Source of the DNA: Cystobasidiomycetes sp. EMM_F5
Taxonomy: Eukaryota
Assembly: GCA_051047955.1 (NCBI GenBank)
Contig: JBPGPT010000010.1
Location: 186,001 to 250,000 of the forward strand
DNA length: 64,000 bases
Direction of reading: 5' to 3'
The notes under the pieces were generated by a model. The model was not told where the DNA came from, searched no databases, and worked only from the letters and a program-made list of their open reading frames with translations. How positions within the stretch are numbered: the first letter of the stretch is position 1; each line of letters opens with the position of its first letter. This document shows positions 1-12,915 of the stretch, piece by piece. A program made the position numbers and the translations under genes.

Positions 1-460
1 GAACATCTCCGCACCCTTCATCGCCCAGTTCTTCAAGAGTCAGGTTGATCAGATTCTACCTTACGTGGATGTCCTCATCGGCAACGAATCTGAGGCCGAA
101 GCCTACGCACAGTCTCACGAGTGGGGCACAACCGATTTGTCAGAGATCGCAAAGAAGCTTGCAGCCTCGCCCAAGGAGAACTCCGGCAAACCGCGGACGG
201 TTGTCATCACACACGGTGCTGAATCTACTATCGTAGCGACCGGTAGCGGTTCACACAAAGTTTACGATGTCGAATCTATCCCCAATGACAAGATTGTCGA
301 CACGAATGGTGCAGGCGATGCGTTTGCTGGTGGTTTCTGCGGTGCTATTGTCTCTGGCAAATCCGTCGACGAAGCAGTAGAAGCTGGCCATAAAATGGGC
401 GCTATGTGTGTCGGGCAAGTAGGCCCTGCCTTCAAGTGGCCGAAGGTACAGATCCTGTAG
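1..460 (+). CDS. ADO1: Adenosine kinase (PfkB family), 3' part; gene begins upstream of window
   Basis: NISAPFIAQFF...GNESEA...IVDTNGAGDAFAGGF PfkB signature, typical of adenosine kinases; stop TAG at 458-460. Confidence 0.93.
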   Translation, partial: NISAPFIAQFFKSQVDQILPYVDVLIGNESEAEAYAQSHEWGTTDLSEIAKKLAASPKENSGKPRTVVITHGAESTIVATGSGSHKVYDVESIPNDKIVDTNGAGDAFAGGFCGAIVSGKSVDEAVEAGHKMGAMCVGQVGPAFKWPKVQIL

Positions 461-640
461 ATGCCTGCTCAGGATTTAAGGCGTCATCGCGATTAGTCGG
501 CCAAAGCAGTAACATCTGTATCAATACTCATCAACTGAAATAGATTAGATTCTGCACTTCTTCCAATGAACAACAGACGAGCTCATCCTCGTGCCCAACA
601 TGCTATCGGTATGACATTCATTGATAAGCTGACCAGAACT

Positions 641-1211
641 TCAATCTTCCGGAGTCAGGTCCAATCGCTTGTAGACGTCTATAATGCTGCAGAGGTGAGG
701 CTTAATTATGACGATACCATTTCAAGGATGTATTATAGCTTGCGTCGTATTTTCAATGTCCGCAATCTGTGCGGGTATGTAAGTCAGCTTCGGTAATATT
801 AACAAGCAAGATCCGTCCGAAGTTACGTACTTTGCCTATCATCACGCCGCACGCGTCCTGCAGAGCGATCGTCATCATGAAGTCATCAGAAAGCTATCTC
901 TGTGTCCTACTTTTCGCTCGTTGTACTGAAGCGGCAGGTATCAGCTGCATTCTCCTCTCCCTCAACCTGCTTTGGAAAACGGCTCACCTCATTCAGAGCT
1001 TTGATGTGATCCTTCACTATCTTGTCCACATCCTGGCCGCGCAGCGCCTCTTCTAAGGCTTGTATTTCCTTTTGGACAGCGAGTAATCGCGTGTATCGTT
1101 GCTGATCAGCCTTTCAGTCGTGGTATGATCAGCAAGTCCAGGTTAGCAGTCCGGCTACGAGAACCAGAGGAACAGGCGAGCAAGCACCTTCCCAAGGGTC
1201 GAATTGCTCAT
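641..1211 (-). CDS. SWI5: Swi5/Sae3 DNA repair and recombination mediator (5 exons; not in ORF track)
   Basis: Manual splicing gives MSNSTLGK|QRYTRLLAVQKEIQALEEALRGQDVDKIVKDHIKALNE|YNERK|DACGVMIGK|IADIENT|TIIDVYKRLDLTPED*, matching the Swi5 pattern HIxxLxxYNExKD...IGxIA. The first exon is less certain. Confidence 0.85.
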
Positions 1212-1470
1212 GTATTATTGGTTGCGGCCTGTTGGTGTGAGCGAAGCCGGATGTCAGCGAACTCTGAAAACGACTCCTCGGCCCGTAAGCGTCTGGGCAC
1301 AAAAGTATTCGCGTCATCGTAAAATTGACGTGTATACGTCGAACTATGCGAGAGGCTGTAAGTACTGAGCGTAAGATGAGCACGCTAGCTTCATGTTCAC
1401 GGCAAAAGGCATTGAAACTTCATATCGACAAAATTAAACACAAATACTTCGAGCCTTACTTCTACTTTTC

Positions 1471-4400
1471 TCAATCCCGATACATATCCTCCACGTCGCT
1501 GGCGCCATCTGCTTGGTGTCCTTGGCTTCTAGCATGCACCTTGTAATATTTGATCGCCCTCGCCATGTCTTGGAACAGTCTGTCGCGAGCGGGATCAGTG
1601 GACTGCGGAAACTTGTCCAACCAGCTATGAGAAGTTTTGAGTCCCTTCAGACACTCAGTTCGCTGTTGCAGTTGCTGAACATAGCCTTTGCTCGTCAGGG
1701 AAGAGTAGAAGATATCGGTCTCGATTTCGAGCGCAGTGTAGATGACCGCGTCTTGTCTGTGTAAATACATTCAGCCGAATCTTGAAAATTCTTCGCGAGT
1801 GACGCACCTTTTGCTCGTCCGATCCTCCGGCAGCTTCAGCCTTCGAAACAATTCATGCTCCTCTGAGTACGCTCTCATGCCAGAACTGGATAGGAAAATT
1901 TCCGACAGTAGTGAAGCAAGCTGTTTGATAGTATCTTTACGCAGGCTTCTGTCGATTGGCTTTGCGGATACTTCTGGTACGAGCTTGATTTTGAGATTAG
2001 CCATGGAAGCGCTAGCTGTAATGATTGTCAACTTGATTCCCGTGTCATAATTCTCGGCTAACCTGTCATGGGTAGAATGTCGTCGCCTTGTTCATCGTTG
2101 TCTTCATACTTCTTGAAACGTTTATTTTGTGCAGCTTGTGTCACGACGATGGAAGACTTCATATCCACCAGGCTTATAACTGCAGAGAAAGCGTCATTAT
2201 CGCGATAGTTCGGACTTGCAGTCCGGTTGCTTACTATTGGCACGATTGGTTGGCTTCGGAGGCGGTGCCGACGTCACAGGCCTGTTAAACAGGTCATCTG
2301 CTAATGACTGCGACGGCCTATGCTCGGCCTGTACCCGAGAGGTTGAAGGCTGCCGGCTGCTGTCTTGCCTTATTTGGGGCACGTCGGGCCTTGTCAGCCG
2401 TGCTGACGACGCGTATTCCTCATCGTCTGAAATTTCCACGGTGAGTGGCGGGCGTTTTTTTGATGTGTCTGCATGCCGTACTGGCGATAACGGTCGACGA
2501 GCCTTTTCTGGTTTCGGGTTCTGCGTTTTTGACGGTGCAGGCGGGGTCGGCTGGATGCCCAACGTATCTTGGAGTGACTCTAATGATTTAGAAGCTGGTG
2601 ACTCAAAACTGGTACTATCTTTTGTCGCTTTCACGGGCTGGACGAGGCTATCCATTCCAACATTCTTGCTAGGTCGACGTCTGGGTATCCATGTCTCTTG
2701 CGGAGTTTCCTGTGAGGGCGGATCGTCCGGACGAAACAAGGTGGTCTTCGGCGCTGGCCTTGGTTCGTCTATCAGCATGTCGTGCATGCTGTTATCCTCA
2801 TCGCTCTCCATGAATTCGGGTATGTCCAGGTTTTCGTTAGCAACAGCGGTAGCGACTGGGCCATCCACACTGTCTTCGCGTGACAGATCAGACGCTTTAG
2901 CAAATCCTGGGAGGCCTTCTGCATGAACAAGTCAGTTGTTGCAGCAGGTCGGGCCCTTCGATCACGCACCGATATTCTGTGCGCGTTGTTGTTCTTGCCG
3001 CCTTTCCGACTCGTCGTCATCCCATTCAGCATCAGCTTGCTGAGCTAACATCGGTCTCTGTGTAGCAATCATGTCTGGAGGATCCAGCGCTCGTTTGCCA
3101 AAGGCCGTTTGTGTCGGATTCTTGCAGACATCACAAAATTTATTGCAATAGGTGAGTTTGAGCTCCGCCGCCGGCTTTTCACCAAAGTATGCGCCTGTCA
3201 CGCCTTTGATCAGCACGTACGAATGTGTCTGTCTGCAGTACGCACAGATGCCGAGATGTCTGCATTCCTTGACGTTTTCCGCAAATTTGATAAACTGGTT
3301 GATATTATCGTGAGGGGTTGTTCACGAGCAAATTTGTCGGCGACCCACCTCATCGAGACTGTTTGAAGCGCTGTTTTGCATATATGACGGGAAGTTGACG
3401 CGCTTCTGGCGGCCAGCTTCCGTCTTTTTTATGATGGTCCTCACAACCTCTGCATCTTGTCGTGAATAGTAGAGCAGACATCTAGAGTGATCACCGTCCC
3501 TGCCGGCCTGTACCAAATCTGTTTCAGTGATGACTCCATCAACTACCGTCATCAACAAGCGCACTCTGCCGGTCTCTTGATAGAAACCTTCGAAGGAAGT
3601 AGGGAGCTGTTTTGTTCGAGTCAGTGTGATCTGATATTGACTGATGAAGCACCGCTCACGTCAAAGTGTATGACATATCGACAATTTGGTGCATCTATGC
3701 CCATGCCGAAAGCGACCTGTATGCAGACCGTGTTACACTCACCTTGCGTAGATCAGCTAACGGCAACAAACAAGACTCACCGTTGCGACTGCGGAGTCCA
3801 GTGAGCCTGGCGCTCGATAACTGCAATAAAAGCGTTGATCGTACCTATACAGTCGATCCTCTTCTTCCCCTGCTGGACCAGATCCGCCGCATCTCTCCAC
3901 AATGCAAATGTTTTATCATTTTCGTGATCCTTCCTCCCTCGATGGAACGCTCCGGCATTTATGCCTTTTCTCCTTAGAGAGTCTGCAACGCTATCGCACG
4001 ACTTTTTCGAACGGCAATAAATGATGCCCGACACGCTTCGGGCTTCTTCGTCATTTACTGATGTTCCCGCTGCCAGTCGTGCGGCTTTACGACGGTATAA
4101 GCTGATGATGAATGAATGGATGTCTTCCATCTTCTTGTTGTAGCTTTCTTGCATGTACCGGACTTCGTAGAACAGGTTCTGTAGATTACGTGGAATTAGC
4201 GCTGGTCAAGAAGGGATTGTCGATGCATACAAGGCGATTGAAGGCTGTGTCATCATTACAGAGTATCAGGTAGGCTGTCCAGATATTGGGGTAACTGACT
4301 CACAATGTACAGGTCGGTACAATTTATCTAATCGCATATCTAGGCTTGTAATGATGTCATCTTGAACACTTTACCCTCCCCGATTAGCCATTGTTCACGT

Positions 4401-5575
4401 CATCTCGCAATTTCCACTCACTGCTTTGTCGCCGAAGCAGTAAGCGCCATGATGGGTACTCTATCAAACAGCTCCCTAAACCTTCCGATTTGCTGATATT
4501 CCTTTCTGAAGTCGTGTCCCCATTCAGAGATGCAGTGCGCTTCGTCCACTACCAGTCGAGACAGCTCGCCCTGCTCATATACCTTGGCTAGCAGTTTCTG
4601 AAATTTAGTCATTGCTAGCCGTTCGGGCGTGACTGAGGTAGATATTATGAATGGCTATAAGAAGAACAAGAAAAGAAGTTGGCCTGCTCACCATATAAAA
4701 GGCGATTCCGCGGATGACCAGACATCATGTCCTTCTCAATCTACACCACGTTAACGTTAGCTGACGTTATGCAGATTATGTCTTTCGTCCGCACCCTCCG
4801 CTTCTCTTCCTCATCACACCGCGACGTGAGCATTGCGGCTCGTATATTTAGCTTTGTCAGGTTGTGCACTTGGTTCTCCATAAGAGCTGATGTTTCGAAA
4901 GTGAGCAACCAAAGGCGATGAAAACAGATCTGGCAAAGAACACAAACATAGTAGCGGTGTCACGACGATTGTTAGACCATGTTCTTCGGCGACAGCAGGG
5001 ACCTGGAAGCATAGTGACTGAGACATAATACGACAGCATAAGCATGCCGTTAGTCGCGCTGGATTGAGTCTCCACCTTTCCCATTCCTGTAGGCGCGACT
5101 GCCAGGATATCGAAGCCTGCGTATCGACTTGAGAGCATATCAAATATCTTTAGAAAAGTGGACCGTACCGCTGATTGCCATTTCCATAATCTCCTTCTGC
5201 TTGCCCTTGTAGGCCGTCTTGCCAAAGACTAATTGATTTAAGATTCACATTTCGTAAGCTACTGCGAAAGGACAGCCTAGATGATGTTGCACGCACCTTG
5301 TTTGAACGTATAGTCGACTACGCGGCGGACTTTCAGGTTAATATGGTCGCGGTACTCGTCCGACAGCCACACGCACTGTCAACGTAGCCCTTCGGCTTTG
5401 TTATCCTCGCCAGCGCCTTTACATTCGCCGCATTATGGCTCTCGACCTGCGTTCCCATCGGCGGGTCCCTCGCCAGCAGGTCAAACTGATCTTTTGTCGA
5501 CGGCGTCTCTATCGTGCTGAATGTATCGTCTCCTGCTCCATCCTCGTCGTCGGCAATATCAATCACCTGCTGCAT
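1471..5575 (-). CDS. RecQ family DNA helicase, RECQL5-like architecture (many exons)
   Basis: Motifs APTGMGKSLCFQVPA, VVDEAHCISEWGHDFR, ALTASAT, SGIIYC, VATVAFGMGID, YQETGRAGRDG and an RQC zinc cluster (YFGE...CNKFCDVC). Splicing joins ORFs 2962-3216, 2197-2868, 2058-2243, 1771-2031 and 1471-1770 in frame as the C-terminus. Confidence 0.9.
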
Positions 5576-6025
5576 CGTATGTTGCTCAGGGTTGCATAGT
5601 CTGTCGTGCGTCTCTGCAGTGTGGTCCTGCTCCAAGATGGGCAATGCTGCAGTCTGTTGGCAGCCAACCTCGAAAAGCAGTCGCGTACAGTAAACAGGCA
5701 GTGGCGACAATGACCCCAGCGACGACTTGGATGATATTGAGACTTTGCATTTGCTTTATACGCTGGGTAAAGCACTGAAATACGAAACGCTGGTAATCTC
5801 TTCAACAGCATGTTTACCTGTCAGCTGATTGTGCCTGGGCGGATTCTGTCGCAAAATTGATGCACAAGTCTGAACCCAAAGCATTGCCTTTGTTTTCTGA
5901 GCATAACTTGTAATCGTCTATACTACTGTCTGTCGCTCTGCATCACATTGAATTAATTGCCTGTCCCCCTTGATCAGTCTCGGCAACATCGGCGGAGTTT
6001 GCAACAATCTGCAGTAGCCTTGACG

Positions 6026-6031
6026 TGACTC
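6026..6031 (+). promoter_or_regulatory. Possible Gcn4/Cpc1 (cross-pathway control) core element TGACTC upstream of LYS1
   Basis: TGACTC about 60 nt upstream of the LYS1 ATG; fits an amino acid biosynthetic gene, but a hexamer can occur by chance. Confidence 0.25.
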
Positions 6032-6088
6032 CGAGTATTTGGAGCATTCTACGGTGTATCACTGAACACCTCTGCACACCCTGCCAAG

Positions 6089-7379
<1,291 letters not shown>

Positions 7380-7556
7380 GCGGAAGGGTGCAAATTGCCA
7401 TTAGTTTTCGGCAGATAGTTGGCTGCAAAGCACAGTGTGGCGTACTCAGTCGTAATGGCGTTGTGTCTTCGCAACGAATTTCGTACTTCATTCGCGATTG
7501 AAGCGAAGTTGTTTCAGCATATCACGGGATTGGATGAGTACAACGTCTAGTAAAGG

Positions 7557-8722
7557 CTACACTTCAATTTTCCGCTTTTTGGCGGCGCTGCCGTCATCTT
7601 TGCATGCCTGACCTGTTTCATCAGTCTTCTCAGGTGATTCTTGCTCGGCATTATCTTTCTCCGGCTTTTCCGTATTAATAGCCGGGACAGCAGCTTTCAC
7701 GCTTTCGTTCGCTGGTATTGTAACAGAAGGTGTCGGTTTCACTGTAGCAGACGATGCCGAAACCTTCTTCTTAACCTCCTTGTCTCCACCGAAAGACTTG
7801 CGCTTGATAGCACCCGATATTAAGCCTTTCTGCTGAAAGCTGCTCTTCTTCTTTGGCAGCGGGAGTGGTGCAGAAGCACTTGACGTGGAAGTGCTCGCCG
7901 CAGGTTTTGCAGAGTTGTCAGTCGTTGTGGTAGGCGATCCTGCGGATTTGGGGAGGGGAGGGGAAGTAGCAAGAGGAGGAGAGCCATCACCAAGAGTACT
8001 TCTAGCAGTTACTGCTCTGTGCAAGAAGATTGTGAGCGGCAGAGGAATGAAAGTCACATCAGAAAGGTGCTCACTCGCGAAACTTGGCTAGTTCCGAATC
8101 AATCTCCGCTGCCCTTTCTCGTTCGGCCACTTTACTGTCGTCCAGGACGGAATGCAGAAAGTCTACCTCGTCACTCTCCAAGGCCCTAAATTGATTGCCT
8201 TATAAAGGTAAGCTTCTGATCGCATCGATGTCTTTCATGACAAAATGTCTCGAGACGAGAGCGGGCGGTTTTTGGCCAGTTGGGATACGCATGAATGAGA
8301 TAGCTTACGGATAGAGATCTTGTCTTCGAATGCAGCTTGTTTCATGTCCTTCTGCTCTTGCAGCTTTTCATACAGTGTCCGAGGGTCGTACTTTTCAGTT
8401 GCGGCATTTGGCATAGGCGGCGCTTCCTTTTGGGTTGATGAGTTGTCAGACGCCGCTTGTCATTGTCGCTCACTGCATCAGCCTACCTGCCCCAGCCGTT
8501 CGTACGCCTTCTTCCATTCTGTAATCAGATAATTGCAGATAGACGCGAATGTGACATGATTAGAATGCATTCGTTGTAAGAACAGCAAGCGACACCATGC
8601 AAATCGTCCATCGTTCATTGTCCCATCAACTGACCTTGCGCACGCCGTTCCTGCGCTTCTTTGATGGAGTTCTCAGACACAAACCGACTGCCAGAGCTGA
8701 CGACCGGTTTCGCTGGATCCAT
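7557..8722 (-). CDS. FYV6: FAM192A/NIP30/Fyv6 family splicing-associated protein
   Basis: Spliced: MDPAKPVVSSGSRFVSE...EWKKAYERLG...YDPRTLYEKLQEQKDMKQAAFEDK...NQFRALESDEVDFL; low-complexity C-terminus. Confidence 0.85.
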
Positions 8723-8860
8723 AGTGACTGAACCCTGATGCAGAATGACCAACTGACAGAGTCAGACTTGGGGGTGTCGCAAGGAGCAACAACCGCGTAA
8801 AGATCGGGTGCCGAAAGTGGTCGACGACCAAATCACTGCGTATACAAGGGTGTATCTGCA

Positions 8861-10591
8861 ATGCCTGTCCAAATCGAAGCTTTGCCGTATGGCCTTTCTA
8901 GGTTCTCTCCCCTACAGAGCTCTGCAATAGATGAAATATGGATACCTACCGCCACCGCTCCAGTTTGTTTTCCCCTGGAAATATTCATGCAGGTCTGCAA
9001 TGAGCTCGTGCTCCATCCTGAACGCAATAGGTCCGTACGAGTCTGTCATGTAGCAATTTGCACATGTGATGCTGAACAATTTTGCTTGCTCAGTTCCTCA
9101 ATACTGCGCTGTGACGTGGTACAGGATGTGAACTACCCAAACCTTGCGAACACCTTTCACCCAGATTACACATGCACAAGACGTCTTCGCCGCAAAATTC
9201 TGCCTCGTCGGCCTTTCGATAGCGCAATGGACCAAGATTGTTTCTTCCTGAATGCCAAAAAAGGAGGGGACGCTGGCGCAAAAGGCATGCTACTTCTCAT
9301 TCCGCTTCTCAGCGAACGCAATGAGGATTCTATCCCTTTCTATCACCCGAAAGTTGCTGGCATAGCCTTTCGGTACTTTCCGAGCTCCTCAGCAGATTCA
9401 GCAGGCGGAGACATCGTGCTCGACTACCTTCCCTTTGAAACATGCCGTGACACGGTCAATGACATTCCGTACTGGCCAGAAGACTCGAGAACCTACCGAA
9501 CAGCCCTTGCCTTGTTGGCTACGCTAGTCAAAGTAGGAAAGGGCTTTCTACCAGAACATAAATATGCCAAGCGCGTCCACCACGACAGCATTGTTCCACG
9601 CGAAGACTTTCAAGACCTTTATCTCGCGCTAAAAGATAGGCATAGTCATATATTTGACAAGTGGGTGGAGAATACCGATCCGAAAAAGCATGTCTTCGAA
9701 GTAGGTCCGCACTAGCAGATTTTTCTTTTCAGTACATTCTGAAGGTGTGCTTCGATAGGATATTGCCATTGCCACATTTTTGATTTGTCTGTGGAGAGAC
9801 ATTTATCGCGATACAGCCGCGAGACCCCCAGGCGGATTCGTGGATGTCGGCTGTGGAAATGGCTTGCTGTGAGTCCGCCGTACCATCGGTTAGATACGTT
9901 TCGCTGATGCGTGCCACAGAGTGCACCTGCTGCATCAAGAGGTACGCACTTCACTCTGAACAGATTGCCTCATGACCAGCTCAGCTCCCTACTTCAGGGC
10001 TATGCGGGCTATGGCATCGATTTGCGGGCTCGAAAATCCTGGGAAGTCTGGGGCTCGAAGACACCGCTGCGTGTAGCGACTTTGTTGCCAGCAGAGATGT
10101 GTCTTCTCGACGAGCCGCCTTTTCCAGCTGGCTCCTTCCTGATAGGCAACCATGCGGACGAACTCACACCTTGGTTACCGTTGCTTGCTGCACGGATCCC
10201 TGGAAGTGCTTTCATCAACATCCCCTGCTGCATGCATACTTTCACAGACAAATTCACGAAGAGGGAGCACCGCTTCTCTGCCCAACTATACTCGCAACAC
10301 TCTGGCATTCAGACGGACATGCAACGCTTTGACCGCTTGTCAAGCGAGAATGGAGGTCGTTATAACGCTTATTTGCAGTATATTGCAGAGCTTACGGTTC
10401 AGAGTGGATGGAGGCCTGAGCGCGAAGCTCTCCGCATTCCGAGCACGAAGAATTGGGCATTTATTGGTCGGAAGCGGATCTGGCCAGCGGACAGTCCAAA
10501 CGAGGCGAAAGTACAAGACTGGGTGTCGAACATTGCTCAATCTAGTCTGGAAAAATGGCGACCACGACAATCCGAGGGAAAGGATCATTGA
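8861..10591 (+). CDS. TRM44: tRNA(Ser) Um44 2'-O-methyltransferase
   Basis: [63 protein letters not shown] and LRIPSTKN motifs. Confidence 0.92.
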
Positions 10592-10654
10592 TTAGTTCAT
10601 CGCGTCGACGCAACAACAATGGTAAAGAGCAGTTGTATAAGCTGGAAGTGAAAG

Positions 10655-11679
10655 CTACAATTGGCTTCGCTTGCGGGCAGTGCGCTGATATGGACGCAGC
10701 ACCCATTCTACGTCGGCCTCCGTCTGCTCTATGGTACCTTGCCGGATCTCATACGGTCTCATCTGAAAGCGTGGCCCAACTTCGGCGAGCTGGACTTCGG
10801 TATGACTGTTCCGGACGAAGACGTGATGACGGAACGAGATAAAGTCATTCTCGTTGGCGAATGTCATGACACGTTTGCTGTCGTCTTTGGGAACTGGGAA
10901 CAGGAACTTGAGAATATTGCGAACGCGCCCTCCCAATTTCGATGAGAATCCGTCGAATATGAGATGCGGGTATTGCTCGGAGACCGTAGAGGTGGAATGA
11001 GACGCAATATCATGTCGCAGCACAACATTGTGCAGCGTAAACATTGTTGTCGGGCCATGCGGAAAGTGCGAGACCACCATAGCATCTGGTTGTCCTCGGT
11101 GTTCGTGTAAAACGATGAGATCCGTAAAATTGTTATTGCGGCAAGCTTCGGCCATCTCCTTCATGACTGTCCCGCCTCGATTGATTCTCGTGGCATTGGG
11201 AAAGACAAGTCGCATTTCCTGATGCAATTTTACAAAATAAAATCAGTATCAGTGTTGCGCATGTTGAAAGACGCCGCCACAACCGACCTTGGCAAATTGC
11301 ACCAAGCGCGAAGACGGATCTCTTGAAGTTGTCAACAGGATCTTTGGATCATCAATGCCGGCCTGCCCATATTCATCGTCGATGTCTTCGTCCTCTGCCT
11401 CTGCTGGATATCCGATCACTTAGCCAGTTTTGACCGACACAACGACTACGCAACGCACCTGCTGGATCCGCTTCTCTGCCTTTGCCTTTTGCAGCTCGTA
11501 TCGCATCCTCCTTCGCCTCTTTCGCAGTCTTCTTTCGTGCAGCTGTCGCAGCAGCTCTAGCCTCTTCCTCCTTCTTGTACAAGAATTCTCGGCGTAAACG
11601 AGTCTGCCGGCGAAGCTGATGATAGTGTGCGAAGATCAGCTAATATTGACGTGCGACTGATGCGATATCATCATACCAT
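10655..11679 (-). CDS. IMP4: U3 snoRNP Brix-domain protein Imp4
   Basis: LRRQTRLRREFLYKK, TTSRDPSS, LHEHRGQPD, SEQYPHLIF, DFISFRHH and EVGPRF motifs; the first coding exon is only the ATG. Confidence 0.95.
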
Positions 11680-12037
11680 GGCTGTCTTTCCCCTAACTTT
11701 GGTTGGATCCGGTCAAACGAGTGTATCCCATTTCGCAATTGATTGACCGGTTGTCACATCGAATCGTCTATCTCAACGGCACTTCTGCATTCACGAGATA
11801 TATGTGGTCGTACTGTCCTCCGTCAGATTCTTCATGATCGCTTCACTGCCGATCCGGCGCTGGCGAATACAACGGCGAAACATGTCCGCATGCCCGCCGA
11901 CAGGGCGTCCTCCGGCGGGCAGTAACTGATACGTGCAATATGTAGCGCTTTCGGTCAGGCTTACGCTTGCTCCCTGCACTCCATATCCAGCTCCCGCCCA
12001 TAAGCCCGCAAACTCACATCCCTTGATCAAAGCACAC

Positions 12038-12592
12038 ATGTTTTCAATCAGTCAACTATCTGTAGCGCTATTGCTTCCTGTCTGCTCGCTTGCGACTCCG
12101 CTGCCTACTGCCTCAGCTCCGGCTAGCACAATCGAGGTTGCGCCGACTTTCACATGCCATTGCGACGGTTCGGACCCCAAAATATGGTCTGGCAAGTACA
12201 AACCTACCCGATTATCTATGCAGGGCACCACAGTATGTCAATCAGCGTTTCGAGAGTACCTTGACAGTATCGCACATAGCTTATGCACAACGCCATATTC
12301 GCAGGCCCACGAGATTCTGCTAGCGGACCCCAATAATCTGCCAGCATTGCGACATGAATGCATTGAACAGTGCTACTTTATCGCGGGATGTAATATGGCC
12401 CGACTAGATCCGACGGATCCACGCGTATGCGAGGCATACTTTTTCGAGGTATCGACCATTAGCAGCACCGAGTCATGGACTCCTTCGGAGTTGCCAAACG
12501 GCCTCGGTGCATGGTTTCTGGTTCCACCCGGTTATCCGTTGTGCTCTGAGTCGGTGCCCATACCCTCCAATGATAGCTACTTGACATGCTGA
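12038..12592 (+). CDS. Small secreted cysteine-rich protein, intronless, unknown function
   Basis: Signal-peptide-like MFSISQLSVALLLPVCSLA; 184 aa; 10 Cys in the mature part. Confidence 0.7.
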   Translation: MFSISQLSVALLLPVCSLATPLPTASAPASTIEVAPTFTCHCDGSDPKIWSGKYKPTRLSMQGTTVCQSAFREYLDSIAHSLCTTPYSQAHEILLADPNNLPALRHECIEQCYFIAGCNMARLDPTDPRVCEAYFFEVSTISSTESWTPSELPNGLGAWFLVPPGYPLCSESVPIPSNDSYLTC

Positions 12593-12915
12593 TTTGTGAC
12601 CCCTCCCGTTGATCAGCTACAACCTTCCGGGCACTTGTGACACTTCGCCGTCCGGGCAGCCCAGCATAAACACAGCCGTCAATACAGCAAAACTTTCTAC
12701 CTGGTCTCAGTCTCAGGTTCAAAGCACCACATCAACCTGAAATAGCGATACTCGAAAGATTCTCTCTGCCATTGTATTGTCCGCAGCAAATGCCTTCGTG
12801 ACTAAGTATGTACAGCAGTGCACGCTTTGCTAGTGCTGGCGCGGTGCCTTCGGCCTCCAGATGTCTGCGTCACACATATTTGTGAACACACAGCTCGAAT
12901 ATCTAAAGATCGATA

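Noticed and set aside
10655..10672. Imp4 ends in PTS1-like SQL
   Set aside because: Imp4 is a nucleolar protein; the tripeptide is most likely chance.
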